NCBI GenBank assembly: GCA_030591685.1
Contig: JAUVAX010000003.1
Location: forward strand, 64,744 to 128,743
Length of the DNA stretch: 64,000 nt
Origin: Pseudobdellovibrionaceae bacterium
Lineage (GTDB): Bacteria > Bdellovibrionota > Bdellovibrionia > Bdellovibrionales > UBA1609
Direction of reading: 5' to 3'
The notes under the pieces are model-generated. The model ran no database searches, had not been told where the DNA came from, and worked only from the letters and a program-made list of their open reading frames with translations. Of the stretch, positions 53,804 to 63,802 are shown one piece after another; the stretch's first letter is position 1; every line of letters starts with the position of its first letter. Made by a program: the position numbers and the translations under genes.

Positions 53804-54244
53804 TTACTGTAACATCTTGGTCACTATGTTCTGCGTAATTTCAGGCATCTCTGCTTTAATGGCTTTTTCAGCCCCCGCAATCTCTTGACCAATTTTTGTT
53901 CGAGTTGACTTTAAAAATTCATCGGCCTTGGTGCGCGCTGATTTAACCTGAGCATCATATTCACTTAAAGCCTGCTCCCTGGACTTATCATATATATCTT
54001 TAAAATCCTGGTTTAAAGATCGGGCTTTGTTTTCGTATTTAACTTTGAGCGCATCGGCCTCTATGAGAACACTTTCACTTTTTTGCTGATTCCCTTCGGT
54101 ACAGTTAAGCCTCTCTACGTACGCCTCATAATATGGTTTAAATAATATATAATGAAGCACCGTATATGTGATTAGAAAGATCACCGCCTGATAAATCACA
54201 GTGCCATCTATACCCAGGGTACTCATCATTTTTAATGCGCCCAT
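53804..54244 (-). CDS. Fo ATP synthase subunit b' (second b-type subunit)
   Basis: N-terminal TM segment (VIYQAVIFLITYTVLHYILFKP) and a b-type charged helix. 146 aa (start may be M6/M7). Immediately upstream of atpF. Confidence 0.75.
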   Translation of the reverse strand: MGALKMMSTLGIDGTVIYQAVIFLITYTVLHYILFKPYYEAYVERLNCTEGNQQKSESVLIEADALKVKYENKARSLNQDFKDIYDKSREQALSEYDAQVKSARTKADEFLKSTRTKIGQEIAGAEKAIKAEMPEITQNIVTKMLQ

Positions 54245-54377
54245 GTGTTTAGGTCCTTTTTAAAGTTTTCAAAAGGCAAATACCATCCTGCCCAACTGTA
54301 AGCAAGATGAGTTTTATACTATTGATGACTGATTGTGAATAAAAGAGTTCAAATACAACAGCGCATAACGGAGCTCT

Positions 54378-54779
54378 TTAGCCCTTTGGCATATATGAGG
54401 CGCCCTCGAAAACAACCCCTTCATCTATTTGAAGGCTTGGGGTGGTCACTGTGCCCACAAAAATTGCCGGAGGATGCATTAAAACCCTTCGACGAGCATA
54501 AACATTCCCTTTTGTGAATCCACTAATTATTACCGTATCAGCTTCAATTTGGGCCTCTACTTTGGCTCCAGCACTAATAACTAGAGTATCATTAGTAAAG
54601 ATCTCTCCTGAAAAGTTGCCGCCTAGTCGAACTGTCCCCTCAAAGGTGAGGCGACCCTCAAAGGTGGCGCCGTGATCCAGAAGGGCTGTGATTTGCCCCT
54701 GTTTAATAGGCTCAGAGCTGTCTCCTCGCACGGTGGGTGGCTCCGAGTGGTCGTTTTTTTCTGGGGTCACTGTTTGCAT
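54378..54779 (-). CDS. Bactofilin (DUF583 beta-helical cytoskeletal protein)
   Basis: Repetitive beta-helix core ATFEGRLTFEGTVRLGGNFSGEIFTNDTLVISAGAKVEAQIEADTVIISGFTKGNVYA...VFEG. 133 aa. Start overlaps the parB stop by 13 nt. Confidence 0.85.
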   Translation of the reverse strand: MQTVTPEKNDHSEPPTVRGDSSEPIKQGQITALLDHGATFEGRLTFEGTVRLGGNFSGEIFTNDTLVISAGAKVEAQIEADTVIISGFTKGNVYARRRVLMHPPAIFVGTVTTPSLQIDEGVVFEGASYMPKG

Positions 54780-55771
54780 GCGCCTTTTACCTTGTCTGAA
54801 AGTTCATTTAACTCACTGTCTGAATAGAAATATATACTCAATTTGCCCTTTCCGTCACTGTAATCAATAGAAACCTTTGTCCCCAGCACTTTTTGCAACT
54901 GCTCGGCTAAATGGTCCACGTGTCGGCCCCTGGCCTCTTGCACCTCTGAGGGTGGAAGCTTACTTATACGTGCCTTCTTAATTAGTTTTTCCGTGGCCCT
55001 AACGCTCAGTTTATCTCTAACAATTCTTAGGGCCAACTTTTTTTGCTCTCTCAAGTCTGTAATCGACAATAATACTTTTGCCTGACCCAAAAGTAGGTCT
55101 TTATGAGAGACCATTTTTTTAACCTCAGGCCCTAAATTTAAAAGCCTCAACATATTAGCTATTGTTGCTCGCTCTTTTCCCATTTTATTTGCTAACTGCT
55201 GTTGAGTTAACGAGTGAGCTCTAAGAAGGTGTCCATAGGCCTCGGCCTCTTCAATAGGGTTGAGGTCTTGGCGCTGAATGTTTTCTATGAGCGCCAGCTC
55301 AAGAACCTCTTGGTTTGATGTTTCCTTAAGAATAACAGGGACTTCATGCATCCCGGCAAGCTGAGTTGCTCGCCACCGTCTCTCCCCTGCTATAATTTCA
55401 AATTTATTTTCATTAATTTTTCGACATAAAATAGGCTGTATAACGCCTTTTTCTTTAATAGATTCGCTCAGCTCTTTAAGCGCCCCAGGGTCAAATACCT
55501 TTCTGGGCTGGTCTAGGTTTGGAAATATCTTCGCTACGTCTATTTGCCAAATCCTTGCTGTGTCCTTTATCCTCTCTCCGGACTCTTTGAACTCCGCCTT
55601 TAAGGAGGGCTCTCCCTTTTTTGACTGACTTTCAAATTGAGGGCTCACTTCTTTCTCTACATTTATGTTTTCAGTAAATATATTATTCTTTGTGTTCTCG
55701 CCAATTAAACTCCCAAGGCCCCGCCCTAGTCGCTTTTTTTTATGAATCTTTAATCCGGTAGTTTTAGACAT
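54767..55771 (-). CDS. parB: Chromosome partitioning protein ParB
   Basis: From M29: MSKTTGLKIHKKKRLGRGLGSLI. ParB box IQPILCRK...FEIIAGERRWRA, HTH LTQQQLANKMGKERATIANMLRLL. ATG 55771 overlaps the parA stop by 8 nt. Confidence 0.9.
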   Translation of the reverse strand: MSKTTGLKIHKKKRLGRGLGSLIGENTKNNIFTENINVEKEVSPQFESQSKKGEPSLKAEFKESGERIKDTARIWQIDVAKIFPNLDQPRKVFDPGALKELSESIKEKGVIQPILCRKINENKFEIIAGERRWRATQLAGMHEVPVILKETSNQEVLELALIENIQRQDLNPIEEAEAYGHLLRAHSLTQQQLANKMGKERATIANMLRLLNLGPEVKKMVSHKDLLLGQAKVLLSITDLREQKKLALRIVRDKLSVRATEKLIKKARISKLPPSEVQEARGRHVDHLAEQLQKVLGTKVSIDYSDGKGKLSIYFYSDSELNELSDKVKGACKQ

Positions 55772-56618
55772 GGGCCTCTCCCTGCTGGGCCTCGGCGGCC
55801 CTCTCTGGCGCTGTGTTTGAAGCGAGCGCTTCTTCTTCGCGCGCTTTCTCTCCATACACTCTGCGATCTAGCTCTGTGGCCAACTCTAAGTATTTTTTAG
55901 CCCCCACAGATTTTGGGTCATACCCAAATATGGACTGCCCATGGCTTGGTGCCTCCGAAAGTCGCACATTTCGAGGCACAATGGCCTCAAAAACCTTATC
56001 CCCAAAATGTGATTGAATTTCTGAAACCACCTGGTGACTGAGGTTATTTCTTTTATCAAACATCGTTAAAACAATTCCCTCGATTTTCAAAGATGGATTT
56101 AAATTCTTTTTTATAAGCCCCGCTGTGTTTAAAAGCTGACTTAAGCCCTCAAGGGCATAGTACTCACATTGAAGCGGCACTAAAAATGTGTCCGCAGCAC
56201 TCAGGGCGTTAATGGTGAGTAAGCCTAGCGAGGGGGGGCAATCTATTAATATATAGTCATATTCGCTAGTTATGGTTTCAATCTCAGACTTAAGTCTGTA
56301 CTCACGATTGGGCATCTCAACAAGCTCTATTTCGGCCCCAACGAGGTCAGGGTTTGCCGCCACTATATATAGGTTGTCTGTCCCCGTTTTTTGTACGGTT
56401 TCTTTTATTGCCCGCTCTCCAATAAGGGCGTGATAAGCATTGCCCTCTTGGTTTTCATATCTTTTAACGCCAAGCCCGCTAGATGCATTGCCTTGAGGGT
56501 CCATATCTATAATAAGAACCCTTCGGCCCATCTCGGCCAGCCCCGCGGCCAAATTAACTGATGTAGTTGTTTTTCCAACCCCGCCCTTTTGGTTGGCTAT
56601 ACAAATGACTCTGGCCAT
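55764..56618 (-). CDS. parA: Chromosome partitioning ATPase ParA/Soj
   Basis: Deviant Walker A ANQKGGVGKTTT, VLIIDMDPQGNAS, YILIDCPPSLG. 284 aa. Confidence 0.95.
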   Translation of the reverse strand: MARVICIANQKGGVGKTTTSVNLAAGLAEMGRRVLIIDMDPQGNASSGLGVKRYENQEGNAYHALIGERAIKETVQKTGTDNLYIVAANPDLVGAEIELVEMPNREYRLKSEIETITSEYDYILIDCPPSLGLLTINALSAADTFLVPLQCEYYALEGLSQLLNTAGLIKKNLNPSLKIEGIVLTMFDKRNNLSHQVVSEIQSHFGDKVFEAIVPRNVRLSEAPSHGQSIFGYDPKSVGAKKYLELATELDRRVYGEKAREEEALASNTAPERAAEAQQGEAHV

Positions 56619-56653
56619 GGTTATCCCCTAAATTTTTATTGTTATTCTGCCGA

Positions 56654-56669
56654 TGTTCCATGTGGAACA
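56654..56669. promoter_or_regulatory. parS: parS centromere-like site (one central mismatch)
   Basis: TGTTCCATGTGGAACA, versus consensus TGTTNCACGTGAAACA. Lies 35 nt upstream of the parA start codon. Confidence 0.8.
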
Positions 56670-56687
56670 ACAAGGTAGACTTAAAAA

Positions 56688-57212
56688 ATGCATTCAATTT
56701 GGAAATTATACAAGCCTTTATTGTGTACCCTGCTTATAATATTTATAAGCGGCTGCGAAAAACGGGATCCAAACCCTGAGTTGCGCGACCCCATTTACAG
56801 AGACCTTATAAAAACACAAAAAGATTACTCGACGAGGCTTGCCGGGGCAAATGCACTGCTCGTTCAGGCCAATCGTGACCTCGAACGCGCCTCGGCCCGC
56901 TCTTTATCCAGAAAAGCCGCCACAAGAACCATCTCAAAAACAAAAAAAATAATTGCTAAGCTGACCCAAGCCAGCAAATATTACGAAATAAGGGCCAAAA
57001 GACGATTTGTTGAGGCCCGGCGTAGCTACAAAGCCTCGCTTATAAACCGCACTTCGTGGCCAAACCCCGACGAGTACCGGGCCTATCAAGCCAACAAGAG
57101 CCTCCGAGAGGCTCCTCTTAACTGGAACATGCGTGTTCCAAAGCTTTTTAAGAAAAGTCCGAACTATACACCCGCACATAAGATAAAAAATAAAGAGGCC
57201 GAAGAAATCTAG
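56688..57212 (+). CDS. Small basic lipoprotein of unknown function
   Basis: Lipobox LLIIFISGC, then a highly basic helical sequence (K/R-rich). 174 aa. The only + strand gene in the local minus-strand block, and flanked by parS sites. Confidence 0.6.
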   Translation: MHSIWKLYKPLLCTLLIIFISGCEKRDPNPELRDPIYRDLIKTQKDYSTRLAGANALLVQANRDLERASARSLSRKAATRTISKTKKIIAKLTQASKYYEIRAKRRFVEARRSYKASLINRTSWPNPDEYRAYQANKSLREAPLNWNMRVPKLFKKSPNYTPAHKIKNKEAEEI

Positions 57213-57225
57213 GCTTATTAGGCTA

Positions 57226-57241
57226 TGTTCCACGTGGAACA
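57226..57241. promoter_or_regulatory. parS: parS centromere-like site (perfect 16-bp palindrome)
   Basis: TGTTCCACGTGGAACA is its own reverse complement and matches parS consensus TGTTNCACGTGAAACA at 15/16 (N counted as matching; A-to-G at position 12). Confidence 0.85.
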
Positions 57242-57293
57242 GTGTGCATGAGTACTCATTTACCTTCGCCAAGGGCAAAGGGGATAGTCATGA

Positions 57294-57989
57294 CTAATCT
57301 TTTTTGCTCTTAATAATATATTTTTTAGTCCGTGAATCGGGCAGGGCGTACTCTCCAATAAGCTCGTTGGCCCAAAGAGAACAAACCTGCACAGGCGCAT
57401 TTGACAACTCAAGGGACCAGCTCTCATTTTTAAGATGAAAGTACTCTCCACCAGAGGCAATAACCTTTCGGGTCATAATAAGCGCATTCCCAAGAGGGGC
57501 AAAGGCCCTTGAGACGGCACACTCTATGAGTCCCTCATCAAGCTCCTCAACCTTTTGATTGATGGAGATACAGTTTTTTAAGCCCAGTCGACTTGAGACA
57601 ATTTTTAAAAATTCAGATTTTCTCTCATCTTTATCCACCAGGAAAAACTTTCTCTCTGGCGAAAGTATGGCCATAATAATGCCCGGAAACCCATTGCCAG
57701 AGCCAATATCATATATATTTTGAGACTCCGTTGAACTTAAAATCAGCCTTGCGGCCAAGATACAGTCTGCGAAATGAATCTCGTCAGCGCACTGCGTCGT
57801 TGCGGAGGAGACAAGGTTAAGGTTTGCGTTAAATCGAAGCAGCTCTTTATGGAAAGTTTCCAGCTGAGAGAGCTCAACAGGGGAAAAGTCTTTAAACCAC
57901 GCGGGAACTCTCCAAAGCGGGCCGCCGTCCTCAGGTAAAGCTTGGCTGTTCGGGCTTTTGCTGACTTCTTGATCGCGATACTCTCCCAC
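57294..57989 (-). CDS. rsmG: 16S rRNA (guanine527-N7)-methyltransferase RsmG (GidB)
   Basis: [15 protein letters not shown] site [15 protein letters not shown]. The only in-frame canonical start is GTG 57989, which overlaps the mnmG 3' end by 59 nt. The start is uncertain. Confidence 0.85.
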   Translation of the reverse strand: MGEYRDQEVSKSPNSQALPEDGGPLWRVPAWFKDFSPVELSQLETFHKELLRFNANLNLVSSATTQCADEIHFADCILAARLILSSTESQNIYDIGSGNGFPGIIMAILSPERKFFLVDKDERKSEFLKIVSSRLGLKNCISINQKVEELDEGLIECAVSRAFAPLGNALIMTRKVIASGGEYFHLKNESWSLELSNAPVQVCSLWANELIGEYALPDSRTKKYIIKSKKD

Positions 57990-59868
57990 TAGTTCTCCTA
58001 TGGCCCTCGGAGGCCCTTCCTTTTAAATACACTAAAATTGCCTGAATGGCTGACGGGTTTACCCCACTAATTCTCTGTGCCTGCCCCAAGTTAATGGGCC
58101 TAATTTGACTCAGCTTTTCTTTCTCTTCTTGGGAGAGCCCGCTAATATTGTGATACTTAATATCGGCAGAGAGTGCCATCTGTTCAAGTCTTTTTGCTTG
58201 ATCAATTAAAACATTTTGTCTTTTAATATACCCCTCATATTTAATTTCAATTTCAACGGGGTCATAAATTAAATCATCATCTCCAGCATCAACCCCAAAA
58301 GACAATAAGTCACAACAAGACACCTCCTTGCGCCGCAGTAAAGTGCTTAAATTAATGGGCTTTGTTATATCAGGGGTGCCAATCTTGGCGAGCCTGATTG
58401 ATGTCTCATTATTTGGAACTATTTGTGTGCTGGTCAGTTTATGCAGTAGGGATTTTCTGGAGCCCAGGATGGCCTGAACCCTTTGATACCTCTGAGCGCA
58501 TAAGGACCCTAGCTGATGTCCAATTTCACTTAAACGATCAAGCGCGTTATCCTCTCTGAGCACTAGACGATATTCAGCACGAGACGTCATCATTCTATAG
58601 GGCTCTCGCGCCCCCTTGGTCACAAGGTCATCTACCAAAACACCCATATAAGCTTGATCGCGGCGTAAGATAAAGGGCGACTGCTCTCTGATTTTTAAAA
58701 CAGCATTTACGCCAGCAATTAAACCTTGAGCCGCCGCCTCTTCGTAACCGCTTGTACCGTTAATTTGCCCGGCCAAATAAAGACTCTCTATTTTTCGTGA
58801 CTCTAGTGTGTGATTTATTTCTTGAGGGTTCAAAGAGTCATATTCAACCGCATAACCAGGCATGTGCATTTCAACATTCTCCAGGCCGGGGATGGTTTTT
58901 AAAAACTCATACTGAACGCTCTCTGGCAAACTCGTACTGATTCCCTGTAAATATATTGAATCTGTCTTTAGACCCTCGGGCTCCAAAAAGGTTTGATGGC
59001 TGTCCTTATCTGAGAAGCGGGTGATTTTGTCCTCAATACTCGGGCAATACCTTGGCCCCAGCCCCTCAATTTGGCCCGAAAACATGGGCGACTTATTTAA
59101 ATTGTTCCTAATAATTTCATGTGTGCGCTCGTTCGTATGAGTAATAAAACAGGGGAGAACAGGGTTTTTCATTTTTGGCTCACTAATAAAACTAAACGGC
59201 ATAAATGTTTTATCGCCGTATTGAGGGCTCGTTTTAGACCAATCAATAGATTGTTTTTTTAACCTTGGGGGCGTTCCTGTTTTTAACCTCATCACATCAA
59301 AACCAAAATTTTTCAGTTGCTCTGAAATTCCCAAGGTGGACTTGTCCCCAACGCGCCCGCCAGTCTTTTTTTCAGAACCAATATACATAATGGCTCTCAT
59401 AAAAGTACCAGTTGTCAAAATCACTGACCTCGAAGTCACTCGAGAGCCATCCTCCAAAAAAACTCCAGAACAACGATCTTTATCAAAAATTAAACTCTGC
59501 ACCTCTGCACTTAAAACAGAAAGGTTAGGGTGGTTGAGCAAAAATGATCCCATGTACGAAGCATACAAATCTTTATCACACTGGGCGCGCGACCCCCTTA
59601 CAGCAGGGCCTTTTCTGGCATTTAACCTCTTAAATTGAACACAAGAGGCGTCCGCAGCTCGGCCCATTTCACCGCCCAGCGCGTCAATTTCTTTTACCAT
59701 ATGCCCCTTAGCAAGCCCTCCAATAGAGGGGTTGCAGCTCATATATCCAATTCGATCTAAATTTAAAGTAATAACCAGGGTCTTCGCCCCCATACGCGCG
59801 CATACGCTTGAGGCCTCAACCCCTGCGTGACCGGCACCAACCACAATGACATCATAATCAAAACTCAA
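57931..59868 (-). CDS. mnmG: tRNA uridine 5-carboxymethylaminomethyl modification enzyme MnmG (GidA)
   Basis: FAD motif [49 protein letters not shown]. 645 aa with a ~25-aa basic C-terminal tail. Confidence 0.95.
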   Translation of the reverse strand: MSFDYDVIVVGAGHAGVEASSVCARMGAKTLVITLNLDRIGYMSCNPSIGGLAKGHMVKEIDALGGEMGRAADASCVQFKRLNARKGPAVRGSRAQCDKDLYASYMGSFLLNHPNLSVLSAEVQSLIFDKDRCSGVFLEDGSRVTSRSVILTTGTFMRAIMYIGSEKKTGGRVGDKSTLGISEQLKNFGFDVMRLKTGTPPRLKKQSIDWSKTSPQYGDKTFMPFSFISEPKMKNPVLPCFITHTNERTHEIIRNNLNKSPMFSGQIEGLGPRYCPSIEDKITRFSDKDSHQTFLEPEGLKTDSIYLQGISTSLPESVQYEFLKTIPGLENVEMHMPGYAVEYDSLNPQEINHTLESRKIESLYLAGQINGTSGYEEAAAQGLIAGVNAVLKIREQSPFILRRDQAYMGVLVDDLVTKGAREPYRMMTSRAEYRLVLREDNALDRLSEIGHQLGSLCAQRYQRVQAILGSRKSLLHKLTSTQIVPNNETSIRLAKIGTPDITKPINLSTLLRRKEVSCCDLLSFGVDAGDDDLIYDPVEIEIKYEGYIKRQNVLIDQAKRLEQMALSADIKYHNISGLSQEEKEKLSQIRPINLGQAQRISGVNPSAIQAILVYLKGRASEGHRRTSGRVSRSRSQQKPEQPSFT

Positions 59869-59910
59869 ACCTGCGCCTCTTGACGTTAACTGTATGTTAA
59901 CTATGCGAAT

Positions 59911-61356
59911 TTATTTACCTAAGCAAAACTCTTTAAAAACTCTATCCATAACTTGGTCATTAAACTCATGCCCTAAAATCTCATGAACACACTTAAGGGC
60001 CTCTTGTAAATCAAGAGCAATAAGCTCCGGACTACCACCGTCTTTTAAATGCGTATCTGCTGAAAGACATAGGTCTCTCGACTCAGTTAATAACTCAAAA
60101 TGCCTACTTTGTGAAAGCAATGCTGAGCTTTCTGAAAACTCTTTACTGACCAGGCCATGAATATGCTCAGATAAGGCTTGCATACCCAAGCCCTCCTTAG
60201 CAGAAACCCTCAATAGCGACGAATATTCAAAATAGCTATTTAATTCTGAGGCCTTACCTCTTATTGGCTCATGCGGCAGGGCGCACAACAAAAGCTCCTC
60301 ATTTGAATACTCAGAATACTCACTGCTTTGTATGTCCACCTTGTTGCAAACAAAAGTAACACTTTTATTTTTAAGATTCTTAAATATTTTCTCGTCAACT
60401 TGGGCTTTTAGCGGCCCCGAAAGGTCTAAGGCAATGAAAACATGATCCACGTCCTCTAAAACACTATGGGCTCGCTTAATGCCTATTTCTTCAACAATGT
60501 CTTTGGCCTCTCGAATCCCCGCAGTATCAATAAACTCAACAATCTGACCCCCAAAAGAGGCCTTGGCCTCTATAAAATCACGGGTAGTACCTGGGAGGTC
60601 TGTTACAATGGCCTTCTCCTCGCCCAAAAGACAATTTAATAGGGTCGACTTGCCTACGTTGGGTGCCCCCACAATGGCCACTCTAAACCCATTATTTAAA
60701 ATTCGCCCCTGCTTATATGTCATTAAAAGGGCGTTCATCTTTAAAATAGTTTTTGTTACTAGCTCTAAAAGTTGCTGTGAAGATTTAATTTCAATGTCTT
60801 CTGCTGCAAAATCAATATTTGCTTCTATATGTGCCAAGGTAAAAGTTAAGTCCTCTACAACCAATGATAGTTCGGTAGACAGGGCCCCTTTTAGTTGTCT
60901 TAACGATAGTTGAGATGCTTTTTTGCTCTCAGACTCTATTAAGCTTAACACACTCTCGGCCTGAACTAAGTCAATGCGTCCATTTGAAAACGCTCTATAA
61001 GTAAATTCACCTTTTTGTGCTAACCGAGCGCCAGCACAAATAAGCTCCGCAATAATTTGAGAACAAATAATGGGGCTTCCATGACAAGAAACTTCAATAG
61101 TCTCTTCGCCGGTAAAAGACCGGTCCTTAGAGAAATATGAAACAAGCACTTCATCAATAGACTCTTTAGACTTAAGGTCACAAAAAAAACCGTAGTAAAC
61201 ATTATGACTTTTCGGCGTTTCTGGCAAAAAATCACAAAGGCACCTGGCTATTTCGCAAGCTCTTGTTCCGCTGAGTCGAATGACGCTAATCCCACCTATT
61301 CCAGGTGGGGTAGCGACAGCACAAATTGTATCTTTATCTCGTTCTAAACTAAACAA
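59911..61356 (-). CDS. mnmE: tRNA modification GTPase MnmE (TrmE)
   Basis: DTICAVATPPGIGGISVIRLSG, G1 GAPNVGKST, DTAGIRE, C-terminal FCLGK (C-I/L-GK motif). 481 aa. Confidence 0.95.
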   Translation of the reverse strand: MFSLERDKDTICAVATPPGIGGISVIRLSGTRACEIARCLCDFLPETPKSHNVYYGFFCDLKSKESIDEVLVSYFSKDRSFTGEETIEVSCHGSPIICSQIIAELICAGARLAQKGEFTYRAFSNGRIDLVQAESVLSLIESESKKASQLSLRQLKGALSTELSLVVEDLTFTLAHIEANIDFAAEDIEIKSSQQLLELVTKTILKMNALLMTYKQGRILNNGFRVAIVGAPNVGKSTLLNCLLGEEKAIVTDLPGTTRDFIEAKASFGGQIVEFIDTAGIREAKDIVEEIGIKRAHSVLEDVDHVFIALDLSGPLKAQVDEKIFKNLKNKSVTFVCNKVDIQSSEYSEYSNEELLLCALPHEPIRGKASELNSYFEYSSLLRVSAKEGLGMQALSEHIHGLVSKEFSESSALLSQSRHFELLTESRDLCLSADTHLKDGGSPELIALDLQEALKCVHEILGHEFNDQVMDRVFKEFCLGK

Positions 61357-61365
61357 ATAGAACCT

Positions 61366-61905
61366 CTAATTACGGGCACTTTCTCTTTGGTCTTTTTTGG
61401 TGCTAACTGGGAAAATTTTTATCTTTTTATAAAGCCCATCTCCAACTGACTGACTTTTTACTCTTTCATCGTCAGCCAAGCATTGGTGTACTACTTTTCT
61501 GTCCTTGGGGGGGAGAGCTCTAAAATATACCGGCTTTTCTTTTTTTAAAACAATGTCTCTTAGCTTTTCAGCAAGGGCTCTTAGGGCCGAATTTGCATCT
61601 TCTCTAAATCCATCACAATCAACAGATAACATAAATTTTTCTTCTGGCATTTGGTGCTGAATAACACGAGTTGCAAACAGCTGTATAGAGTCTAGCAACT
61701 GTCCGTCTCTTTCTTTTAATAGCTCCTCGTCTTCACCAAACAGCTCCACGTCAATATGCTTTGTCTCGTCATTAAAACTAATCTCATAAGACAAATCAAA
61801 GTTTCCGCCCTCAATTAATCCTAAAACAGCGTCTTCAACTAAATCGTCAATAGAGCTATTAGCCTTTTTGCTTTTACCGAATATTTTCCCTAGTATGCCT
61901 GTCAT
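61366..61905 (-). CDS. jag: Jag/KhpB-like RNA-binding protein (R3H domain)
   Basis: C-terminal R3H-type motif LPPKDRKVVHQCLADDERVKSQSVGDGLYKKIKIFP. Conserved position between yidC and mnmE. 179 aa. Confidence 0.75.
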   Translation of the reverse strand: MTGILGKIFGKSKKANSSIDDLVEDAVLGLIEGGNFDLSYEISFNDETKHIDVELFGEDEELLKERDGQLLDSIQLFATRVIQHQMPEEKFMLSVDCDGFREDANSALRALAEKLRDIVLKKEKPVYFRALPPKDRKVVHQCLADDERVKSQSVGDGLYKKIKIFPVSTKKDQRESARN

Positions 61906-61914
61906 ATGTACCTC

Positions 61915-63555
61915 CTAGTTTGTAGTCACCACTTGAGCCGTTGCTTGTGGCGAGCGATCTCTCATTAAATACTGTTGAATAATACCAAATAAACCACTAA
62001 TGAAAAAATAAAGGGTTAGGCCACTTGGCAAAGACAACATTATAAACGTAAACATAATCGGCATAAACATCATTATTTTTGCCTGTGTTGGGTCCATCGT
62101 TGATGGGGTCATTTTCATTTGAAAAAACATAGTAATACCCATTAAAATGGGGAGAACATAGTAAGGATCCGACAAACTCAAATCACCAACCCATAATGCA
62201 AAGGGAGCCTGATAAAGCTCGATACTTTGCCCTATAACCTGATAGAGGGCAAAAAACACTGGTATTTGCAGAAGCATTGGCAAGCATCCGCTCAGTGGAT
62301 TAATTTTATTGGTTTTATAAAGTTCAATCATTTTTTGATTTTGCATTTGTGGATCGTCTTTATACTTGGCCTTCAATTCTTTTAACAGGGGTCCCACTTT
62401 TTGCATGTTTTTCATCGACTTGTGAGAAACCAAGTGCAATGGCAGCATCAAAAACCTCACAAGAATAGTTAGCAAAACAATTGCAGCCCCCCAGTTACCC
62501 GCCAAGGCGTGAAACCATTTTAATAGCGAAAGCAATGGGCGAGCTAAAAAACTAAAAAAACCATAATCTATAGCTCCTAAAAGTTGAACATCAACAGCCT
62601 CTAAAACCTCTAAAACTTTAGGGCCCAAATAAGAAATATATTGAACCTCATAACTTTGAGTTCTAGAAATAACCGGGTAGTTTACAGTAACTAAGGCTTT
62701 CGCATACTCATCGTCTGCATCCCTGTTATACACAGATGAAACAATGCTCAGGTCGGGTAACATTTTAGATCTGTCCACAAAGGCTTGGGTGAAGTACTGG
62801 TCCCCCAAGGAGGCCGCAGAGACTCTCGTATATTTTTCATTTAAGTCTGTACTGCTGTCTATGTTTTCTCTGTCATCGCTTGATCCAAGAGAAACAAACA
62901 ATTGATATAGGTCAAATCTTGACCCCGGCAAAAAACCTGTACTTTCAGGCTTGTGAACAGCAGAGAGAATAAATGTTTTAATTCCATCAAATGAATCCAC
63001 AAGTTTATCCACGGTAACGATAACATTAATTTTATATAGCGTCGGTTCAATGTTATAAACTTTTGTTATTTTTATCCCTTTATAAAGGGCCACACCCTTA
63101 AACTTTTTTTCAGACACTTGTTCTAAATTAAAATAAAGGGGCTCCCTTCGTCCAATAAGTGATGTTTCAAAGGGCAGTTGATCTGACATAAACCCAATTT
63201 GCTTAAATTTATTCTCACGGTCTCTGTATTTTCCTAATTTGACATCCTTAAGTCCCATACCTTTAGACGAAATTTTGAAGCTGAATACTTCACTATTAAA
63301 CTCTAATGTTTGCTCTACTTTTGAAATTGAATTTTGACTTTCTGCTGTTGGAGCTATTATTTTTTTCTGAGAATCTGCTTTAATGACTTCTCTTTCATTT
63401 TTTGCTTCTGCTGTTCTTTCTTCATTAGCGATAGGTTGTTCGGTGTTTTGAGGGTACTTTTTCGTTAAATAAGAACTATAGAGCATGAAAACAACAGCTG
63501 ACAAAACAATGGCCAATACCGTCTTGGGGTCTAAAAAGTTTTGTTTATTTTGCAT
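61915..63555 (-). CDS. yidC: Membrane protein insertase YidC
   Basis: N-terminal TM segment, large periplasmic domain, and a C-terminal 5-TM core with GNWGAAIVLLTILVRFLMLPL and NPLSGCLPMLLQIPVFFALY. 546 aa. Confidence 0.92.
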   Translation of the reverse strand: MQNKQNFLDPKTVLAIVLSAVVFMLYSSYLTKKYPQNTEQPIANEERTAEAKNEREVIKADSQKKIIAPTAESQNSISKVEQTLEFNSEVFSFKISSKGMGLKDVKLGKYRDRENKFKQIGFMSDQLPFETSLIGRREPLYFNLEQVSEKKFKGVALYKGIKITKVYNIEPTLYKINVIVTVDKLVDSFDGIKTFILSAVHKPESTGFLPGSRFDLYQLFVSLGSSDDRENIDSSTDLNEKYTRVSAASLGDQYFTQAFVDRSKMLPDLSIVSSVYNRDADDEYAKALVTVNYPVISRTQSYEVQYISYLGPKVLEVLEAVDVQLLGAIDYGFFSFLARPLLSLLKWFHALAGNWGAAIVLLTILVRFLMLPLHLVSHKSMKNMQKVGPLLKELKAKYKDDPQMQNQKMIELYKTNKINPLSGCLPMLLQIPVFFALYQVIGQSIELYQAPFALWVGDLSLSDPYYVLPILMGITMFFQMKMTPSTMDPTQAKIMMFMPIMFTFIMLSLPSGLTLYFFISGLFGIIQQYLMRDRSPQATAQVVTTN

Positions 63556-63802
63556 AACTATCCTCTTTTAATTTTAACTCCGGTACCGGGTCATAACCAC
63601 AACAACTAAAGGGGTGGCATCGACAAATCCTTAAAAAAATTAAATATGTAGCTTTAATGCTACTGTGCTTTTTAAGTGCTGTTTGAGCGTAAGATGAACA
63701 AGAGGGGTAAAAACGACAATTTCCACCCAAAATTCCAGATAAAAATACTCTATAAAAGTGAATAAAAAATAATAAGACAGCTCTTAGCATCGAACTATAC
63801 AT
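63545..63802 (-). CDS. yidD: Membrane protein insertion efficiency factor YidD
   Basis: CRFYPSCSSYAQTAL...CHPFSCCGYDPVP. 85 aa. Confidence 0.9.
   Translation of the reverse strand: MYSSMLRAVLLFFIHFYRVFLSGILGGNCRFYPSCSSYAQTALKKHSSIKATYLIFLRICRCHPFSCCGYDPVPELKLKEDSYAK

Noticed and set aside
54911-54926. parS-like sequence TGGTCCACGTGTCGGC inside parB
   Set aside because: Only the left half-site and the CACGTG core match. The right arm is unrelated, unlike the two full 16-bp sites at 56654 and 57226.
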